NCBI GenBank assembly: GCA_019638695.1
Contig: JAHBTG010000001.1
Coordinates: 84,123-148,122, forward strand
Origin: Bacteroidota bacterium
Lineage (GTDB): Bacteria; Bacteroidota; Bacteroidia; J057; JAJTIE01
Direction: 5' to 3'
DNA length: 64,000 bases
In this document: positions 11,908-20,652 of the stretch, piece by piece
How positions within the stretch are numbered: the stretch's first letter is position 1
Layout of the letters: each line of letters opens with the position of its first letter
Program-made: the position numbers and the translations under genes
The notes under the pieces: model-generated
What the model saw: the letters and a program-made list of their open reading frames with translations, nothing else
Databases searched by the model: none
What the model was told of the DNA's origin: nothing

Positions 11908-12442
11908 AGACCGGTATGTGCGCACCCGCACCGTGCTGCTGTTCTACATTGCCAGCATGGGAGTACTGTTTCTTTCCCTGGGGCTTGCTTTACTGCTCAC
12001 GCTACGGGTAGCCGAAGCAACCGTCATCTCCCTGCCGCCGGTTTTCTATCTCAACACCTTACTGGTGCTGGCATCCAGTTACACTTACTGGAGAGCGGGC
12101 CACGCGGCACAGGCCGGGAACCCTCCGCGCGTATTGCTGTGGCTATGGATGACGGCGCTGCTCACTGCCCTGTTTGCCACGGGTCAGGTGCTGGGATTTA
12201 TGCAACTGGCAGGGCTGAACATTTACCTGACGAACAACGTGTATGCCAGCTATTTGTATGTACTGGCCGGGGCGCATGGCCTGCACCTGCTGGGGGCGTT
12301 TATCGTACTGGTTTTGTTACTCATCAGAGCTGCACAGGCCCGTATCCATCCCTCTGAGGTGCAATTGCTGGGCATCTTCTGGCACAGCCTGGGCGCCCTG
12401 TGGCTGGGGATCCTACTGGTATTACGCGGGGTGTATGGGTAA
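11855..12442 (+). CDS. Cytochrome c oxidase subunit III-like membrane protein (orphan)
   Basis: About 5 TM helices. Cox3-type motifs AGAHGLHLLGAFIVL (compare TGFHGLHV) and FWHSLGALWLGILLVL (compare YWHFVDVVW). The start is uncertain (ATG 11855 or 11870); both overlap the end of the kinase gene. Confidence 0.7.
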   Translation: MFTSSMSKARQRSTPSLKDRYVRTRTVLLFYIASMGVLFLSLGLALLLTLRVAEATVISLPPVFYLNTLLVLASSYTYWRAGHAAQAGNPPRVLLWLWMTALLTALFATGQVLGFMQLAGLNIYLTNNVYASYLYVLAGAHGLHLLGAFIVLVLLLIRAAQARIHPSEVQLLGIFWHSLGALWLGILLVLRGVYG

Positions 12443-12695
12443 AGGGCAAGAACTTATACACTCCCCGGTTTCTGTTCCAGTTAGTTCACACGCGCCTCCA
12501 CGCTCTCTCTATACGCACCGCATGCGTACTCACTTTTGTATGCAAATGCGTGAGCGTGTCTATCATATGTGACAGCGTACTTCCCTTCTCTTGCTGCAGC
12601 TTGGCAAGATACGTTACATCAATAATCAACTCTGCTACCGGCTCATCCGGTGACTTGTCTATGCTCAAATATACGAAAGGCTTACGCCTGGGTTA

Positions 12696-14360
12696 TCACC
12701 TGTGTACCCGCACATACTTGAGCGGCAGGTTCAGGTTCATGCTGCTTTGCGGCAGGCCTTCTACACGGGGAAGCGCCGTGCGCCAGATATTGTAATAATA
12801 CAGGGGCACCGCCGGGCAATCTGCCGCCACCATACTGTCCAGGCGGGCTGCCAGCGCACAGCGCTCTTCCGGGCGGGGCTCCTTCAGGTATTGATGGTAG
12901 AGGGCATCAAAGCGGGAATTATAGTAACGGGTATTATTACTGCCCGCAGGGGGATGGTTGGGCGAATAGAAAAGTGCCAGGAAGTTCTCCGGATCTGCAT
13001 AATCCGCCACCCAGCTGGCGCGCCACAGCCGGGCGCTACCGGTGCGCACCTGCTGGCGCAAAGCAGCGGCATCTTCCACCGATATCTCCACGCGAAAGCC
13101 TGCCGCAGTCCATCCCTGCTGCAGATAGCTGGCCGCCTGGGCATGACTGGCCGTGGTTAGGAACTGCAACACCGGCAAGCCTCGTCCACCGGGATACCCC
13201 GCTGCTGCCAGTAGCTGCCGCGCCCGCGCAGGATCATAAGGCAACGCCCGGGTCATCTGCAAGAAACTGTCGCAAATGCCCAGCCCGGGAGGAACAAACC
13301 CCCGGAGAGCAGGGCGCACCGTATTTCGCAGCAAGTGACGCGCCAGTCCGGCACGGTCTGTAGCATAAGCCAGCGCCCTGCGCACCCGCACATCCTGCAA
13401 CGGAGAACCCGGATCTGCCGTATGCAGGCCCACATATTCCACCGTAAGCTGAGGGCCCGTGTAGAGCCGCAGCCGGGAGCGATACTCAGGGGCCAATAGA
13501 CCCTGGTCGTCCAGCAGAGCATCCTGGTAAGAAGGGTCTATCCCATCTATAAAATCTATGCGCCGTTCCAACAATGCACTAAAAGCACCCAGTTTGCTGG
13601 GGATGAAGCTGACAGCCAGGGCACTCACCCGCGGCAAACCGGGCTGATGATAACGGGTATAGGCATGCAACACCAGCAAGCGGCCCTCTTCCCAGCGAAA
13701 GAAGCAGAAGGGCCCGGTACCCACGGGATGGCGGCGAAATTCCTTCCCATACCAGGCCACAGCCTCGGCCGGTACCGCAGCGGCATAGGGCATGGCCAGC
13801 AACTGCAGGAAAGGGGGAAAAGGCTGCGCCAGGCGAAGAACCAGCGTACTGTCATCCGGGCAATAGATACCGGCAATGGTATCTGCCTTACCGGCATGGT
13901 AATCAGCGGCGCCCAGCAACGTATTGCGGAATACCCATAGCCCGGGGCTGCCCGTGGCGGGCTGGCACACCCGGTGAAAGCTGAAAGCAAAGTCCCGGCT
14001 GGTAAGGCGGCGGGTGTTGCCGGGGCCAAAACAGGGATGCGGGTGGAAGTAAAGATCCCTGCGCACATGAAAGGTATACTGCAGGCCGTCCGGAGAGAGG
14101 CGCCAGTCATGCGCGGCATCCGGCGCCAGCTGCCCCAGGGAATCAGACCCCACCAGGGTACTGAAAAGCTGCTGGCACATCCACACATTACTTTCATTAC
14201 CCGCCTGCGCAGGATCCAGGCTGGTGAGGCCGGCATGCAGGTTGAAACGCAGGACCGGGCGAGGATCTTTAGTCAAATTTCCGTTACAGGCTGCCACAAG
14301 CAAACCCGCCAGCCAGGCTCGCCAAACGAAGTGTGGAATTTTCAGATAGTTTGTCAACAA
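12696..14360 (-). CDS. ABC transporter substrate-binding protein, family 5 (peptide/nickel, OppA/DppA-like) lipoprotein
   Basis: Length and composition fit SBP_bac_5. Lipoprotein-like leader WRAWLAGLLVAACNG. The ORF track starts at 14468, but that extension covers the parA promoter region. TTG codons at 14360 and 14357, just before the leader, are more plausible starts. Confidence 0.7.
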   Translation of the reverse strand: MLTNYLKIPHFVWRAWLAGLLVAACNGNLTKDPRPVLRFNLHAGLTSLDPAQAGNESNVWMCQQLFSTLVGSDSLGQLAPDAAHDWRLSPDGLQYTFHVRRDLYFHPHPCFGPGNTRRLTSRDFAFSFHRVCQPATGSPGLWVFRNTLLGAADYHAGKADTIAGIYCPDDSTLVLRLAQPFPPFLQLLAMPYAAAVPAEAVAWYGKEFRRHPVGTGPFCFFRWEEGRLLVLHAYTRYHQPGLPRVSALAVSFIPSKLGAFSALLERRIDFIDGIDPSYQDALLDDQGLLAPEYRSRLRLYTGPQLTVEYVGLHTADPGSPLQDVRVRRALAYATDRAGLARHLLRNTVRPALRGFVPPGLGICDSFLQMTRALPYDPARARQLLAAAGYPGGRGLPVLQFLTTASHAQAASYLQQGWTAAGFRVEISVEDAAALRQQVRTGSARLWRASWVADYADPENFLALFYSPNHPPAGSNNTRYYNSRFDALYHQYLKEPRPEERCALAARLDSMVAADCPAVPLYYYNIWRTALPRVEGLPQSSMNLNLPLKYVRVHR

Positions 14361-14470
14361 GAGGGAATTTCGGCTAATTTTGTTCTCCCTACAAATATGG
14401 GGGGCTGCCGGGCAGTTTGCCAAAAAGCCGCTTCTTTCACAAGAAACACCTCTTTTTACGCCTTGCATAC

Positions 14471-15277
14471 ATGAGCAAAGTCATTTCCATAGCCAACCAG
14501 AAAGGCGGTGTGGGCAAAACCACTACCGCTATCAACCTGAGCGCCAGCCTGGCCGTGCTGGAATATAAAGTGCTGATGGTGGATACTGATCCGCAGGCCA
14601 ACGCCACCTCGGGCATTGGGTTTGACCCCCGCAATATCAAAGCCAGCATCTACGAGTGCATTACCAACGAAGATGTGGAGCCGGCAGACATCATCCTGCA
14701 AACCATCGTCAACAACCTGAGCATTCTACCCTCTCATATAGACCTCGTGGGCGCAGAGATCGAGATGATCAACCTGCCTAACCGCGAGAAGAAGATGAAA
14801 ACCGTGCTGGACAAGGTCAAGGATCAGTATGACTTCGTCATTATAGACTGCTCGCCTTCGCTGGGCCTCATTACGGTGAATGCACTCACCGCCTCCGACA
14901 GCGTGATCATCCCCGTACAATGCGAGTATTTTGCCCTGGAGGGCCTGGGTAAGCTGCTCAATACTGTGAAGATCGTGCAGCAGCGCCTGAACGCCAACCT
15001 GGATATCGAAGGTATCCTGCTGACCATGTACGACCAGCGCCTGCGCCTGAGCAACCAGGTGGTGGATGAAGTGAAAATGCACTTTCAGGATATCGTGTTC
15101 GATTCGGTCATCCAGCGCAATACCAAGCTGAGCGAAGCCCCCAGCTTTGGCGTGCCGGTGATCATGCACGACGCCAACAGCAAGGGCGCCCTCAATTACC
15201 TGAGCCTGGCTGAGGAGATCCTGAAGAAAAACAACATCCCGCTGCGCGCAGCGCTCCCCGACTCTATCCGTTCCTAA
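14471..15277 (+). CDS. parA: Chromosome partitioning ATPase ParA/Soj
   Basis: MSKVISIANQKGGVGKTTTAINL deviant Walker A. Start at ATG 14471; the ORF-track 5' extension was rejected. Confidence 0.95.
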   Translation: MSKVISIANQKGGVGKTTTAINLSASLAVLEYKVLMVDTDPQANATSGIGFDPRNIKASIYECITNEDVEPADIILQTIVNNLSILPSHIDLVGAEIEMINLPNREKKMKTVLDKVKDQYDFVIIDCSPSLGLITVNALTASDSVIIPVQCEYFALEGLGKLLNTVKIVQQRLNANLDIEGILLTMYDQRLRLSNQVVDEVKMHFQDIVFDSVIQRNTKLSEAPSFGVPVIMHDANSKGALNYLSLAEEILKKNNIPLRAALPDSIRS

Positions 15278-15280
15278 TCC

Positions 15281-16216
15281 ATGCCTGTGGCCGCCAATAA
15301 CAACAAGGACAAGAAGAAAGCCCCCATGCGTTCTGCCCTGGGTCGTGGCTTGGACGCACTCATCCCACGCGGAGGAGACTCCGGCACAGATGCCCTGCAC
15401 GCAGCACCTGCCGAAGGAACGGCAGGCAGTATTTTTGAGGTACCGCTGAGCCAGATAGAAGCGAACCCCTTCCAGCCCCGCACTACGTTTGACCAGGAGG
15501 CCCTGGAAGAACTGGCAGACAGCATCCGGGCACAAGGCATTATTCAGCCCATCACGGTACGACGGCTCAATGAAGGCACTTACCAGCTGATCAGCGGTGA
15601 ACGGCGCTTCCGTGCCAGCCAGCTCGTGGGACTGGCACGCATACCTGCCTACGTGCGCACTGCGAATGACGAGCAGATGCTGGAAATGGCCATCATCGAG
15701 AACATCCAGCGCGAGAACCTGAATCCCATAGAGGAAGCGCTGGGTTATAAGCGCCTGATGGACGAATGCAGCCTGACGCTGGAGAAAGTGGGTGAGAAGG
15801 TGGGCAAAAAACGCCCCACCATCAATAACTACCTCCGCTTGCTGAAGCTGCCGCCGGAAATACAGGCCAGCCTGCGAGACGGCCGCCTGAGCATGGGACA
15901 TGCCCGTGCACTCATTACCATAGATAATCCGCTGCAGCAACTGGCTATTTATGCCCAGGTGATGCAAGACGGGCTGTCTGTGCGGGCCACAGAAGAACTG
16001 GTACGCGCCGTAGGTTCACCCAAAGCCAAGGCCCCAGTTTCTGACAAACCTGAGCCCACGGCATATGAGCTGCAGGCCCGGGAAATGGAACGCAGCCTGG
16101 GCAAGAAGTTTGACACCCGGGTAAAGATAGATACCGGTAAAGACGGCAGCGGCGAGATCCGCTTCAGGTTCTTCAATGGAGACGACCTGAACAGGCTGCT
16201 GGAAATCCTGGGGTAA
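15281..16216 (+). CDS. parB: Chromosome partitioning protein ParB/Spo0J
   Basis: ParB box QPRTTFDQEALEELADSIRAQGIIQPITV...LISGERRFRAS, with an HTH region; sits directly after parA. Confidence 0.95.
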   Translation: MPVAANNNKDKKKAPMRSALGRGLDALIPRGGDSGTDALHAAPAEGTAGSIFEVPLSQIEANPFQPRTTFDQEALEELADSIRAQGIIQPITVRRLNEGTYQLISGERRFRASQLVGLARIPAYVRTANDEQMLEMAIIENIQRENLNPIEEALGYKRLMDECSLTLEKVGEKVGKKRPTINNYLRLLKLPPEIQASLRDGRLSMGHARALITIDNPLQQLAIYAQVMQDGLSVRATEELVRAVGSPKAKAPVSDKPEPTAYELQAREMERSLGKKFDTRVKIDTGKDGSGEIRFRFFNGDDLNRLLEILG

Positions 16217-16767
16217 TGCGTGCCAGTATCGGGCTGTGTTTTCTTGTGCTCATGGGCCTGTATACGCCCATCCGTGCACAATCCGACAGCCTGGGCCTGC
16301 ACCAGCAAGCAGACTCCTCTGTAGCAGATACCACAAAGTCCCGCTGGCCGGTGCCTAACCGGGCGGCGCTCTACAGCCTTATCCTGCCCGGCGCAGGCCA
16401 GATCTATAACCGAGACTGGTGGAAGGTGCCCCTCGTATGGGGAGGGGTGGGGGCAGCCGGTTATTTCATCGTTTATAACCACAGGGAATTTACCCGTTAC
16501 CGGCAACTCACAGAGACCACAGAGGAGCCCCTGCGTCTCCAATACCGTGCCCTGCGGGATTATCACCGCCGCAACCGGGATTTCACCATACTGCTCACTG
16601 CGTTGGGCTACGCCCTGGTAGCCGTGGAAGCCTATGTGGATGCGCATCTCTATTATTTCGACGTATCGGACAACCTGAGCATGGCACTGAAACCCGGCCT
16701 GATGGCTGCGGGACCGGCCCGGGCGGTGCCCGCGCTGGGAATACAAATACGGCTAGGACCACATTAG
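16216..16767 (+). CDS. DUF5683 domain-containing membrane protein
   Basis: Signal peptide plus SLILPGAGQIYNRDWWKVPLVWGG. This is the typical Bacteroidota gene after parB, and it overlaps the parB stop by 1 nt. Confidence 0.75.
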   Translation: MRASIGLCFLVLMGLYTPIRAQSDSLGLHQQADSSVADTTKSRWPVPNRAALYSLILPGAGQIYNRDWWKVPLVWGGVGAAGYFIVYNHREFTRYRQLTETTEEPLRLQYRALRDYHRRNRDFTILLTALGYALVAVEAYVDAHLYYFDVSDNLSMALKPGLMAAGPARAVPALGIQIRLGPH

Positions 16768-16800
16768 GCCCAAAGCTCCCTATCTTCGCAAGATTAAGCT

Positions 16801-18840
16801 ATGAAACTGGGTCCTGTTCTTCGTTGGCGCAATCTGCTGGTGCTGGGTATCTGCCTCAAGGTGCTGTTGGCCCTGCTGTTCTCCAGCGGGTTCAGCGATG
16901 TGCTTTTCCGGCCCTTTATCGAGTGGTTCCTGGATAACGGCGGCAATCCCTATCTCCACTTTCACCTGAATCCCTCCGGGGAGGCTTTTCCCTACCCGCC
17001 CCTGATGCTATACCTCATGAGTATAGCGCTGCTACCGGTACACTGGCTGGCAGGGGAAGTGGTGGTATTACAGAACCTTTTTTTCAAGCTGCCGCTGCTG
17101 GTTGCCGACTTGCTGGTCCTTGGACTGTTGTTGCGCAGTTTTCCCAACCGCAAACTTGCCGTACTGGGGTTCTGGTTTTTCTCGCCCATTGTGCTATACA
17201 GCACCTATGCACACGCGCAGCTGGATATCATCCCCACCGCACTGTTCTTTGCAGCCATCTATTTCCTCCAGCACAGGCGCTGGCAGCAATCTGCCCTGCT
17301 GCTGGCCCTGGCACTGAGCACCAAGCTACACCTGATGGCCATCCTGCCCATTGTGGGGATCTATCTCCTGCGCCAGTATGGCTGGCGGCGCCTGGGCATC
17401 TATGTAGGGATCGTGGGGGGGGTATGGGGGTTGCTGACCCTGCCTTTCTCACTGGATAACAGCTTCTGGGCTTATATCTTCGGGGATAAGCAGCCCCAGT
17501 TGCTCTACAGCACTTTTTACCGCATCAATGATCTGAAGGTATACCTGCCCGTACTGGTCTTGCTGGTGCTTACGCTCCGGTTCTTCAATTACCGCAAGGC
17601 CAATGCCGATCTGCTCTACAGCTTTCTGGCGCTTACCCTGGCCCTGTTTGTCATGCTCATCACACCCAGCCCGGCCTGGTACTTGTGGATGATGCCTTTC
17701 CTGGTAATGTTCTTTGTGAAGTTCTACCAGGAGGACCGCAGGCTGTTATACCTGTACGCGGCTTTGCACGGCGTATACCTCGTGTACTTCCTGGGTTTTC
17801 ACACGGGGGAGACCTACAACCTGGCCTGGCTGGGGAAAGCATTCTACCCCCATATTACCCCCAATGAAAAGCTCTATAACCTGGCCTTCACCACCCTACT
17901 GGCCACCATGGGCGCCCTGCTCTATGCAGTATACAGCCTGGGCTTGCGCTCCAACCAGGTATACCGCAAGCGCCATGCTACAGTTATCGGCATCGGGGGC
18001 GATAGCGGAACCGGCAAAACCACTCTGCTCAAGGATATCAAGGCCATGCTGGGCTATCGCATGCAGGAACTGGAGGGCGATGCGGATCACCGCTGGGAAC
18101 GGGGCGACCAGAACTGGAAACAATACACCCACCTGGACCCCAAGGCAAACCAGCTGCACCAGCAGGCTGCTCAGGTGCAGGCGCTTAAATTCGGCCGCAG
18201 TATCTTCCGCAGGGAATATGACCACAGCACCGGAAAATTCACCACACCGGAGCGTATCTCCAGTAAAGATTTCATCCTGTTAAGCGGCTTGCACCCGTTC
18301 TACCTGCCTCAGATGCGGCAACTCATAGATATGAAGATCTATCTGGACACGGATGAGAACCTGCGCCGCCACTGGAAGATCCTGCGGGATACCGCCAAAA
18401 GAGGGTATTCCGCTACACAGATCCTGGAGCAGATCGAGAGCCGCATGCCGGATGCCCGTAAGCACATCTATCCGCAGAAAGACTACGCAGACCTTACCAT
18501 CAGCTACTTCAGCGAAACGGCCTATACTCCCGGCGACCCCCATGCCCGGCCCAGTCTGCAGCAACGGTTTACCTTTAGTACCAGTCTGCCCGCAGATCCT
18601 TTGCTGGAGGTATTGTATCCGCTTCCGCTGGACTGGAACTATCAGCCGGACCTGGCGACACAGTACATCCTCATTCCGAACGAGCCCGCAGACCTGCACA
18701 TCGCCTCCCTGGCGCGCCAGTTAATTCCCAACCTGGATGAATTGCTGGGAGAGCACGTGCAATGGCAGAGCGGCTACCGCGGGCTCACCCAGCTGGTGAT
18801 CCTGTATTTCCTGTCTCATAAAATGATGCAAGATGGATAA
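16801..18840 (+). CDS. Fusion protein: N-terminal GT-C-like polytopic membrane domain plus C-terminal phosphoribulokinase/uridine kinase-family P-loop kinase
   Basis: Residues 1 to about 390 are multi-TM with FPYPPLMLYL, KLPLLVADLL and YAHAQLDIIP, which is GT-C/DUF2029-like. Residues about 395 to 679 carry the P-loop VIGIGGDSGTGKTTLL, then EGDADHRW, YDHSTGKF, and DMKIYLDTDENLRRHWKILRDTAKRGYS...IYPQKDYADL (PRK/UK family). Confidence 0.75.
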   Translation: MKLGPVLRWRNLLVLGICLKVLLALLFSSGFSDVLFRPFIEWFLDNGGNPYLHFHLNPSGEAFPYPPLMLYLMSIALLPVHWLAGEVVVLQNLFFKLPLLVADLLVLGLLLRSFPNRKLAVLGFWFFSPIVLYSTYAHAQLDIIPTALFFAAIYFLQHRRWQQSALLLALALSTKLHLMAILPIVGIYLLRQYGWRRLGIYVGIVGGVWGLLTLPFSLDNSFWAYIFGDKQPQLLYSTFYRINDLKVYLPVLVLLVLTLRFFNYRKANADLLYSFLALTLALFVMLITPSPAWYLWMMPFLVMFFVKFYQEDRRLLYLYAALHGVYLVYFLGFHTGETYNLAWLGKAFYPHITPNEKLYNLAFTTLLATMGALLYAVYSLGLRSNQVYRKRHATVIGIGGDSGTGKTTLLKDIKAMLGYRMQELEGDADHRWERGDQNWKQYTHLDPKANQLHQQAAQVQALKFGRSIFRREYDHSTGKFTTPERISSKDFILLSGLHPFYLPQMRQLIDMKIYLDTDENLRRHWKILRDTAKRGYSATQILEQIESRMPDARKHIYPQKDYADLTISYFSETAYTPGDPHARPSLQQRFTFSTSLPADPLLEVLYPLPLDWNYQPDLATQYILIPNEPADLHIASLARQLIPNLDELLGEHVQWQSGYRGLTQLVILYFLSHKMMQDG

Positions 18841-19513
18841 GCTGCGCGGCATATTGCTGGACCTGGATGATACCCTCTATAGCTACCTGCCGGCCCATGC
18901 CACGGGTAACACGGCGGCTAACCGTGCGCTTATGAACCAGCTGGGCATTCCCTTTGAGGCACTGCGCGAAGCCTATGAGCAGGGCCGCCGGCAGGTGCAT
19001 GCCCGGCTACACGGCACCGCCAGCAGTCACAACCGCCTGCTCTACTATCAGCAAGCGCTGGAACACCTGGGTGTGAAACCCTACCCGCTGGCACTATTGG
19101 CCTACAGGACCTATTGGGGTGCATTCTGTGCAGCCATGCAACCCTTTGAAGGCATGTATACCAAACTGGCCGCCTGGAAAACCCGCGGCCTGCGCATCTG
19201 CCTGCTGACAGATCTTACCGCAGATGTGCAGCATCTCAAAATAGCCACCCTGCGGCTGGAAGGGTACCTGGATGCGCTGGTTACCAGCGAAGAAGTGGGC
19301 GCAGAAAAACCCGATGCCCGCATGTTTGAAGCTGCCCTGGAAAAGCTGGGGTTAACCGCAGGGGGAGTGTGCATGGTAGGAGATAATTACGACAAAGACA
19401 TCCTGGGTGCCCATGCGCTGGGTATACCCGCCTGGTGGCGCACCCCTACTTCTCAGCGGGAGATTCCCGGAGATGTTTTTCGCTGGTACCACTTTGACGA
19501 ACTGAACCCATGA
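18833..19513 (+). CDS. HAD-superfamily hydrolase (subfamily IA-like phosphatase)
   Basis: Motif I GILLDLDDTLY and motif IV VGDNYDKDILGAHALG. 8-nt overlap with the upstream gene. Confidence 0.85.
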   Translation: MDKLRGILLDLDDTLYSYLPAHATGNTAANRALMNQLGIPFEALREAYEQGRRQVHARLHGTASSHNRLLYYQQALEHLGVKPYPLALLAYRTYWGAFCAAMQPFEGMYTKLAAWKTRGLRICLLTDLTADVQHLKIATLRLEGYLDALVTSEEVGAEKPDARMFEAALEKLGLTAGGVCMVGDNYDKDILGAHALGIPAWWRTPTSQREIPGDVFRWYHFDELNP

Positions 19514-20589
19514 CAACAGCCCTGGAGGCGCTGGTGCGCCTGAGTAAATATGCCGGCATGCGCCTGGACCTGGTGCAGGCCGGAGGCGGCAACAGCAGCG
19601 TAAAGCTGGCAGACGGGCAGATGCTGATCAAAGCCAGCGGGTTCTGGCTGAGCGAAGTAGAGACCGGCAAAGGCTGGAGCCGCCTGCCCCATGCTGCCGT
19701 AGCAGCCTTACTGGATGCCCCCGAATTGGTTAACATAACTGACAAGGCTGCCCGTGAAGCCTGGACCACCCAGCGGGTGCAGGGGCTGGTGCAGGAGGGG
19801 CCCCGCAGCTCTATCGAAACCTTACTGCATGCGGCCATCCCCCAAACGTATGTGCTGCATACGCATCCGCTGCTGGTAAATATGGTGGCCTGCCGGCCCG
19901 ACTGGCACAATATGCTGGATGCCCATTTTCCGCATGCGGCGCTGGTGCCTTATGACACCCCGGGACTTGAGCTTACCCTGGCTATGCGCACAGCCCAGCA
20001 GCAGACACAGGCACACACCGGGCAAATGCCGCGCCTCTATTTCCTGCAGAATCACGGCCTCATTGCCGCGGCAGATACCGAAGCGGAGATCTACGAATTG
20101 CACGAACAGGTACTGGACGTACTGGAAAACCTGCTGAATACAGACACCCGTGCCTACCGGCAAAGCAATGCCATAGCCCATGCTTGTAACGCCATCACCG
20201 GGAGAGAGGACATTGCCGTCTATTATGCCGATGCGGACGTGGTGCGTCTTGTAAAGGAGCAACCGCAACTGCTCACGGCTCCCCCCTTCTGCCCGGATAA
20301 ATATGTCTTTTGCGGCACCAGCACTTTATTGCTGCCAGACGTATCCGACCCGGAGCACATTCGCCGGTTTGTACGCACCTGGCACCACCCTCCCAAGGTG
20401 GTATTATATGGCGGACATCTCTACTGCATAGGCGCCAACCTGCGCAAGTGCTACGAGGTGGCAGACGTACTCAAGTTTCACCTGCTGGTACTGGCCGGAG
20501 TGGGCACCGAAACCTACACGCCGCTTCCTCAAAGCGAACTGGACTATCTCGGAGGCTGGGAGGCGGAAAAATATCGACAGCAACGCTAG
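19510..20589 (+). CDS. Class II aldolase/adducin-domain protein (aldolase/epimerase fold)
   Basis: LVQAGGGNSSVKL...LIKASG and VLHTHPLLVN. It resembles the N-terminal domain of the bifunctional rhamnulose-1-P aldolase/SDR family but has no SDR part. ATGA overlap with the HAD gene. Confidence 0.7.
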   Translation: MTTALEALVRLSKYAGMRLDLVQAGGGNSSVKLADGQMLIKASGFWLSEVETGKGWSRLPHAAVAALLDAPELVNITDKAAREAWTTQRVQGLVQEGPRSSIETLLHAAIPQTYVLHTHPLLVNMVACRPDWHNMLDAHFPHAALVPYDTPGLELTLAMRTAQQQTQAHTGQMPRLYFLQNHGLIAAADTEAEIYELHEQVLDVLENLLNTDTRAYRQSNAIAHACNAITGREDIAVYYADADVVRLVKEQPQLLTAPPFCPDKYVFCGTSTLLLPDVSDPEHIRRFVRTWHHPPKVVLYGGHLYCIGANLRKCYEVADVLKFHLLVLAGVGTETYTPLPQSELDYLGGWEAEKYRQQR

Positions 20590-20639
20590 GAAGTTGGTAT
20601 GCCTTTTGCTACACAAATGCGTGCATAGCCGCCTTTCGC

Positions 20640-20647
20640 TATCTTTG
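20640..20647 (+). promoter_or_regulatory. Bacteroidota -7 box TAnnTTTG (TATCTTTG)
   Basis: Exact match to the published Bacteroidetes sigma-A -7 consensus; it ends 5 nt before ATG 20653. Confidence 0.4.
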
Positions 20648-20652
20648 TTCCT

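Noticed and set aside
14726-15967. 413-aa minus-strand ORF spanning parA and parB. Similar long antisense ORFs occur at 36409..37836 (475 aa), 49708..51324 (538 aa), 52321..53550 (409 aa), 44765..45733, 43728..44582, 41589..42371, 38721..39488, 8909..9628 and 27772..28425.
   Set aside because: Each lies exactly antisense to a gene with unmistakable family motifs. Their products are rich in L, Q, H, G, R, A and V and lack motifs. In a GC-rich genome with G/C-ending codons, the antisense frames rarely contain stop codons, so these are statistical artefacts.
14361-16216. Search for a parS site (TGTTNCACGTGAAACA-like) in and around parA and parB.
   Set aside because: Scanning by eye for CACGTG-centred palindromes found none in this region. 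A formal pattern search over the whole window would be needed to be certain.
12543-20624. Shared 10-mer CAAATGCGTG in two intergenic regions (about 12543 and about 20615), considered as a possible common regulatory word.
   Set aside because: There are only two copies, the flanks are dissimilar, and a chance 10-mer match somewhere among all intergenic pairs in 64 kb is not surprising.
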